From: Octopus sinensis
Taxonomy: Eukaryota
Direction: 5' to 3'
Length of the DNA stretch: 64,000 nt
Assembly (NCBI RefSeq): GCF_006345805.1
Contig: NC_043020.1
Location: forward strand, 7,068,001 to 7,132,000
The notes below the pieces were generated by a model. It was not told where the DNA came from and made no database searches. It was given only the letters and a program-made list of their open reading frames with translations. How positions within the stretch are numbered: position 1 is the first letter of the stretch; each line of letters opens with the position of its first letter. Shown one piece after another: positions 57,830 through 64,000 of this stretch. Position numbers and translations under genes: made by a program.

Positions 57830-58385
57830 CCACCACCACTACCATTATCACCACTACTACCAGCACCACCACAACTATTATTATTACAACCAACACCACT
57901 AATACTACTACTACTACTATTATCACCACTACTACTACTACTACCAGCACCACAACTATTATTATTACAACCAACACCACTAATACTACTACTACTACTA
58001 TTATCACCACTACTACTACTACTACCAGCACCACCACAACTATTATTATTACAACCAACACCACTAATACTACTACTACTACTATTATCACCACTACTAC
58101 TACTACTACCAGCACCACCACAACTATTATTATTACAACCAACACCACTAATACTACTACTACTACTATTATCACCACTACTACTACCAGCACCACCACA
58201 ACTATTATTATTACAACCAATACCACTTATACTACTACTACTACTATTATCACCACTACTACTACTACTACCAGCACCACCACAACTATTATTATTACAA
58301 CCAATACCACTTATACTACTACTACCAGCACCACCTCAACTATTATTATTACAACCAACACCACTTATACTACTACTACTACTAC
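57830..58385. repeat. Higher-order trinucleotide repeat (ACT/ACC/ATT), about 65-75-bp unit
   Basis: CCAGCACCACCACAACTATTATTATTACAACCAACACCAC.. repeated about 7 times. Confidence 0.9.
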
Positions 58386-58690
58386 TGTGTTGTACATTAA
58401 CTAACACATGAAGTAGATATTAAGAACCTGCAAAGTTAATTCTCTGACAGAGCTGATAAAATGTAAAGAACTAATTAATAAATGCTCACAGCTACGTATA
58501 TATAGGTTGTGTGTGAGATATATAGGTTATACGTAAAGATATAGGATATATACATGAGTATAGATGAGACATGGCATATCTAGGTGAATGGGTTAAACTG
58601 GGTACATCTGATGTATATTACAAGTAACTAGGTTATAGAGGAGATATCTCATAACTAGGTACATACGGTTGAACTAGGTACATGCTTTAA

Positions 58691-59335
58691 TCATTTCGTT
58701 ACTGTATTTATTTTTGAGATGGTCTGTGTTTCTTCCAATTATTTTAAATATAACAAAGAATTTAGTAAAATAACAAATTTTGGATCTTTTCGGTTTGAAC
58801 AGCAGTTTTTTAAAAATAATTTCCACGTAACTAAACACTTTTAAACTTTGTATACCGGTAGAATGTGTTTATAAAATATCTTTTTCTCTTGGCTTTATTG
58901 AGAAAATTCTATGGTTTGTAAGATATTTGTTGTTTTTTTTCTTTCTTCAATTTCTGCAATTTCAACCAATCAATGACGTCTATTGAGGTGAAAACATTCT
59001 GTGCCGTATGAATATGTCCCTCATTTAAGAAACAGATTGAGTTTATTTACATTTGTGAAGAAAAAAGATACCCTTCCCCCCACCTCTAACCCTAACACAG
59101 ATTGAAATGCAATAGATCGATACTAGGGTCATAATTATGGGTGACAATTTCATATGACACCACTAGAAAAAACTGCTGTTCAAACCGAAAAGATCCCATC
59201 GTTATCATTAAGCTAGTGCTAGGAACATAAGTTGTGACTAAGATTTGGTGGAAGATTTGAATTCAAAACTTATGAAAACAAGACATTTATACTAAAGGGC
59301 CAGAGCCGGTTTCAGCCGGGTTGGTAACGAAAGGG
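58691..59335. mobile_element. TTAA-flanked MITE containing a nested TIR element
   Basis: TTAA|TCATTTCGTTAC..GTAACGAAAGGG|TTAA. Confidence 0.7.
58782..59196. mobile_element. 415-bp element with perfect 30-bp TIRs
   Basis: GGATCTTTTCGGTTTGAACAGCAGTTTTTT (58782-58811) / AAAAAACTGCTGTTCAAACCGAAAAGATCC (59167-59196). Confidence 0.85.
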
Positions 59336-59594
59336 TTAAATTAGGTACAGGGGATATATTAGAGATATGACAGTCACTTAGGTACCCAGGTTAAAACAGA
59401 TATATAGTTTAAAGAACAGTAAATAAGTGGCCCCACACCACACTCACTTTCTCCCTACGCCCATCTCCCTACACAGATGCACCCCCTGTACATATGCACA
59501 CCACCCTGTTTTTTCCCTCTCTTCTCACTTCTCCCCATAGAGCTGCATTTCCATCTGGGGCCCTAAATTTTTAGCTTTCTTCTCTCCATTACCA

Positions 59595-60150
59595 ATACAG
59601 GTGTGGCTATTTAGGGGCAGGCATTGCCTTCTTGACAACATGGTTCTGGGTTCAGTCCCACTGTGGGACACCTTGGGCAAGTGTTTTTACTATAGCATCA
59701 GGCTGACTGAAGCTTTGTAAGTGGATTTGATAGACGGAAACTGAACGAAACCCAGCATGCATGTGTGTGTATGTGTGTGTATATATGTGTGTGTGTGTGT
59801 CTTTGAACCTCACTTCCACTTCACAACCAGTGTTGGTGTGTTTCCATCCCCATAACTATAGGCACAAGGCCTGAAATCTGGATGGAAGGGCAACAGTCGA
59901 TTACTTCGACCTCAGTTTTCCACTGGTACTTAATTAATCGACCCCGAAAGGATGAAAGGCAAAGTCAACCTTGGCGGAATTTGAACTCAGACCGTAGTGA
60001 CTGTTAAGCATTTTGTCCAAAAGAAACCAATAGAATAAGTAGCAGTACCTAAAAAAAAAAAAGACTGGGGTTGATTCATCCAACTAAAATTCAAGGCGGT
60101 GCCCCAGCATGGTCGCAGTCAAATGACTAAACCAAGTAAATGATAAAAGA
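59595..60150. mobile_element. SINE family A (+) interrupted by a SINE family B (-, about 59862-60015)
   Basis: The A head at 59595-59860 resumes at about 60016-60150. Confidence 0.7.
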
Positions 60151-60187
60151 TACCCTTCCTCTTATTTCCCCACTTCTTTCCTTTTAC

Positions 60188-60224
60188 TTTTCCTGACGAA
60201 GGACTAACGTCCAAAACACTAAAG
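60188..60224 (+). other. Degenerate hammerhead-like motif (family 4)
   Basis: CTTTTC CTGACGA A GGAC-TAAC-GTCC AAAAC ACT AAAG; core damaged. Confidence 0.35.
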
Positions 60225-60859
60225 ACTCTTTCTCTTCCTCTCAAGCGTCATATGATACCCAATCCATACTATAAAGTATGTAAGACGCTTCAATATCTGT
60301 TTGGCCATGCAAGCATAGAAAGAAAAAAGAGACACAGAAATGAGGATTATGATGGTGGTAATGAATGTGGTGATGGTAGGGGAGATGATGATGATGGTGG
60401 TGGTCGTTGTGATGAGAGGTGGTGGCGATTATGGTGATGATTGTGATGTGAGGGTGATGATGATATCAATTAAGCACGTAGGTTGTTACACATAAAATTC
60501 CACATAATTAAGCATAGCATTAATTAATCGTGCTAGAATTTAGTAGATTAAATCAACACCAAATATCTATTGATGTATATTCTTTGACCATGGGCTGTCA
60601 GGTGTCAGGGTTTACCAAAGAGCAGCACTTGCTAATCAGGGAAGGAATCCTTTTTGGCAGGGAGAGGAGGATTCGCCCTTTCTTATGATTTACTTGATGA
60701 ATTCAATAGTGCCAGTGGCATGAAAGATAGCACCCAGTACACTCTGGAAAGTGGTTGGCGTTAAGAAGGGCATCCAGCAGTAGGAACCAAATCTAAAACA
60801 GTGGAGGTCAAAACAGTTCTCTGGGTTGGTTGGTTGGTTGGTTGCTTGCTTGTAAGAAC

Positions 60860-61075
60860 CCACCGAAGGTGATGACAGCATTGATCCAAGACATTCAATC
60901 TCTTCCAACTCCAACACAGTTTCTCGCAAAAGCAGACCTGTCTGACAAGACTGGTACGAGAGAGGCAGATCCTGGCGCACAGAGGGCACTGAAAGTGACC
61001 CTGAACAACAGACGCATGGGGTTGATGACAAGGTTTCCTCCTCTCTTCATGCAGTCTCCTGTGTTTGATTTTGAA
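60860..61075 (-). mobile_element. Degenerate RTE LINE 3' end
   Basis: EHFKIKHRRLHEERRK..HFQCPLCARICLSRTSLVR, an RTE-type C-terminal CxxC..SR.GL..H motif. Confidence 0.6.
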
Positions 61076-61519
61076 GTGCTCTACTCCAGTTCACTTGGGT
61101 TCTTAGATCCTGTCAAATTATTGTCCAACCCATGCCAGCATGGAAAACATGTTAAATGATGATGATGATGATGATGAAGATGGTAAGAAAAAATACAGAA
61201 ATAAAAACTTGAATGCATTTTGACTGATACTCTAACCATGACGCCCACCCTAGGGTCCCTGTACCGTGCTTTTGTTGCTGGCTTGGGCATGAACCACATT
61301 CGTTCCATAAGTTTGGAGAGGTGACCTTGATAAAAGGTCAAGGCCACAACACCCCTCCTATCCCCGACTCAATAACAGCAATCAATTCAACAATAAGCCA
61401 ATGTGGGAGCCTCAACATCAGGGGTTCTCATCTACACATTACCTATGGACGCTCTGATTACTCTTTTATTCTGGTAGTTATATACAAACATGGAATAGTA
61501 AAGCACTGTCTCCGCGGGT

Positions 61520-61920
61520 TACTTGGTGACCCTGTCAGTTCAGATACCACTTAAAAGAATCCATTCCACACTGTAACAGGGTTGGCATTCAGAAGGGCAC
61601 CCCAGCTGTAAAAACCTTGTCAAAACAGACCTCACCTATGCATGTGCCACGTAAAAAGCATTAAGTCCACTCTGAAGAGTGGTTGGTGTTAGGAAGAGCA
61701 TCCAGCTGTAAAAACCTTGTCAAAACTGACCTTGCCTATACTTGTGCCACGTAAAATGCATTAAGTCCACTTTGCTGAGTAGTTGGTGTTAGGAAGGGCA
61801 TCCAGCTGTAAAAACCTTACCAAAACAGTTACAGAGGTCTGGTGCAGGCTTCTGCTTGGTCAGCTCTTGTCAAACCATCCCACCCATGCCAGCATGGAAG
61901 GCGGACGTTAAACGATGATA
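61520..61920 (+). mobile_element. SINE family C with a 100-bp unit repeated three times
   Basis: CCAGCTGTAAAAACCTT at 61602, 61702 and 61802. Confidence 0.8.
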
Positions 61921-61930
61921 TATATATGTA

Positions 61931-61974
<44 letters not shown>

Positions 61975-62177
61975 AGTGGCATATAAACAGCACCCTTTGA
62001 ATGTGGAGCCACACAGAGTGCAAATACTGATAGGGCACAGAAAGTGTGTCAATAACCAGCTGGAGGAGATGTCTTCCTGGGGCTACAGGCTACAGTAGCA
62101 TCCACCCATAAGGGTTACAGACACTTAGGTGGCAAATATACTTCACAATGTCATACAGCTACTGTTTATACCTCACT

Positions 62178-62230
<53 letters not shown>

Positions 62231-62236
62231 CAATAT

Positions 62237-62725
62237 AAACAATTGCAACGTGGAAGGTGTTTATAAGCCATTTAAGAAATACACAAAAACCGTTAGATTC
62301 ACTTCAAGATTTAAATTTAATTTGCGAAAATATTTTCGTCGCTTTGAGACTGACCTGTTCACTGACAAAACACCCATGCAGCACAGAATTTTGTCAGTGA
62401 ACAGGTCGATCTCAAAATGACGAAAATATTTTGACAAATTAAATTTAAATGGGCATGGCTGTGTGGTTAGGGAGCTTGCTTCCTAGCTACATGGTTTCGG
62501 GTTCAGTCCCACTGCGTGGCACTTTGGGTAGGTGTCTTCCGCTATAGCCTCGAGCCGACCGAAGCTTTGTGATTGAATTCGGTAGGCGGAAGTTACTGCC
62601 GTGTGTGTACATGTGCGTGTAGGTGCTCAGTGCCTCTCCGAAAGAGAGAGAGGGGATGACGTGAATCTAATGGTCTTTTTGTGTTTTTAAATGGCTTATA
62701 AACACCTTTCATGCTGCAATTGTTT
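62237..62725. mobile_element. Long palindromic MITE split by a SINE A insertion (62451-62660)
   Basis: The left arm 62237-62370 pairs with 62389-62450 plus 62661-62725. Confidence 0.8.
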
Positions 62726-63607
62726 TCGTTCCAGCACACAATCTCATATCAGGTCTCTTGCTATGCAAGTACATCTCCGTAATATATATGCAAGTACTGT
62801 GGATTGACTCTTGACCAATGCCTCCATCTACCAAATTTCACTCACAAGCCATTGGTTAACCGAAGGCTATGATGAAAAGTGTTACCACTTGACGAATGTG
62901 TAGGTTCCACGCCCTAAGATTGAACACAAAACCATGTGGTTGGCTGAGAAGCAAACTTCTTAACCACACAGCTATGCATTATGCAACATAAACAACATCA
63001 TTGATAGATATTTTATGCTAGAGAAGGGCAAAATAGGGAAATGCAACAATCTAGTCTGGCCCAAAATACAAGCAGGCATAGGATCAAAGACTTTCCACCT
63101 ATGACCATCCCATCCTTTTCTCAAAGTTTTGTATATCTAGGATTACAATTATCCAATGCGTCCCTCCCTTTGCAAGCTGTTAAGAGTATCACATGAAGGG
63201 GATTTGGCTACAGTTTCTAGCAGGCTGGGCAACTACATACAAGCTCCATTGGAAGTTCCACCTACATGTGAAAAACCATGCTGTAGATACAGCCATCTTT
63301 GGGAAAGACAGAGTTTATTGAAGCAGATTTTCCACAGGTGGAAGCCTTTCCTGTCACCAACCCTCACTTGTTTCCAAACAAGGCAATATTTCCCCATGGC
63401 CAGACATGTTTTTCCATGGAAGACTGGAAATAAACGACACTGCTTGTGTAACAGTAATGCTTATTTACAACAATTATTACATGTCAAGACAAGGATACAC
63501 ACACACACACACATCTATCATATGAAGGAGATTTGATTACTATTTCTAGCAGGTTGGGTGACCACATTGGAAGTTCCAACTGCATGTGAAAAAGCCATGC
63601 GGTAGAC

Positions 63608-63824
63608 CAGTGGTTTTCAACCAGGGTTCCACAGAACCTTAGGGTTCCGCCAGTACAGTGCAGGGGTTCCGCAAGAAGTTATGAAACTGCTAAAATCGGC
63701 AGTAATTTTTAATTCTCCTGTGCAGATATGTGTGCATAAGACTATTAAATTATTGCACAGGGGTTCCTCGAGCCAGTGGAATGTTTCTTTGAGGTACCGC
63801 TCCAGCAAAAAGGTTGAAAAGCAC
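63608..63824. mobile_element. hAT-type MITE, second copy
   Basis: CAGTGGTTTTCAAC..GTTGAAAAGCAC, near-identical to 6241-6459. Confidence 0.85.
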
Positions 63825-64000
63825 ATATGAAAGTGACCCTCGAGATCAAGACAAGGACATACACGCACCCACATGCCTATCATATGAAGGTGTATTGAAC
63901 TGCAGCTATTTTTTTGTGTCTTGGAGAATCTAAAATTCTAGTGTCTCTCATAAATTTCTCTCCAACTTCTTTTCCTGAAGAAAGACTGCCCAAAATGTTG

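Noticed and set aside
57606-58226. 206-aa Val/Ile-rich ORF resembling a membrane protein
   Set aside because: Translation of a higher-order ACT/ACC/ATT repeat.
59075-59100. CTAACCCTAAC telomere-like motif
   Set aside because: Fewer than two units and internal to a MITE; not an interstitial telomere array.
1-64000. Prokaryotic or viral systems (operons, defence islands, CRISPR)
   Set aside because: No gene-dense region or long non-repetitive ORF; the content is entirely consistent with animal intronic DNA.

Overview
This is repeat-dense eukaryotic (animal) DNA. The SINE families, microsatellite load and very long introns strongly suggest an octopus genome; that is inferred from recalled repeat motifs, not from a database search. 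Only one host coding segment is supported: a 630-bp phase-0/0 internal exon on the minus strand (41331-40702) of a PP2A B'' regulatory subunit gene (PPP2R3A/B, PR72/PR130 family). The rest is most simply read as its flanking introns. Those introns contain at least four tRNA-derived or RTE-tailed SINE families, and 3' fragments of RTE, Hero-like and R4/Dong-like LINEs. They also hold Penelope-type terminal repeats with minimal hammerhead ribozyme motifs, mariner, hAT and TTAA MITEs, a non-autonomous Helitron, Helentron-like elements, palindromic hairpin elements, tRNA and 5S pseudogenes, and many mini- and microsatellites. The most notable structure is 50925-51480: a 374-bp hammerhead-to-hammerhead unit joining a Penelope terminal repeat, a Penelope ORF start and a tRNA-like Pol III head, which resembles a retrozyme. 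Almost all ORFs in the supplied track are artefacts of simple repeats. SINE family letters A-D are my own labels, and repeat coordinates are approximate (about +/-10 bp) unless a TSD or TIR is stated.
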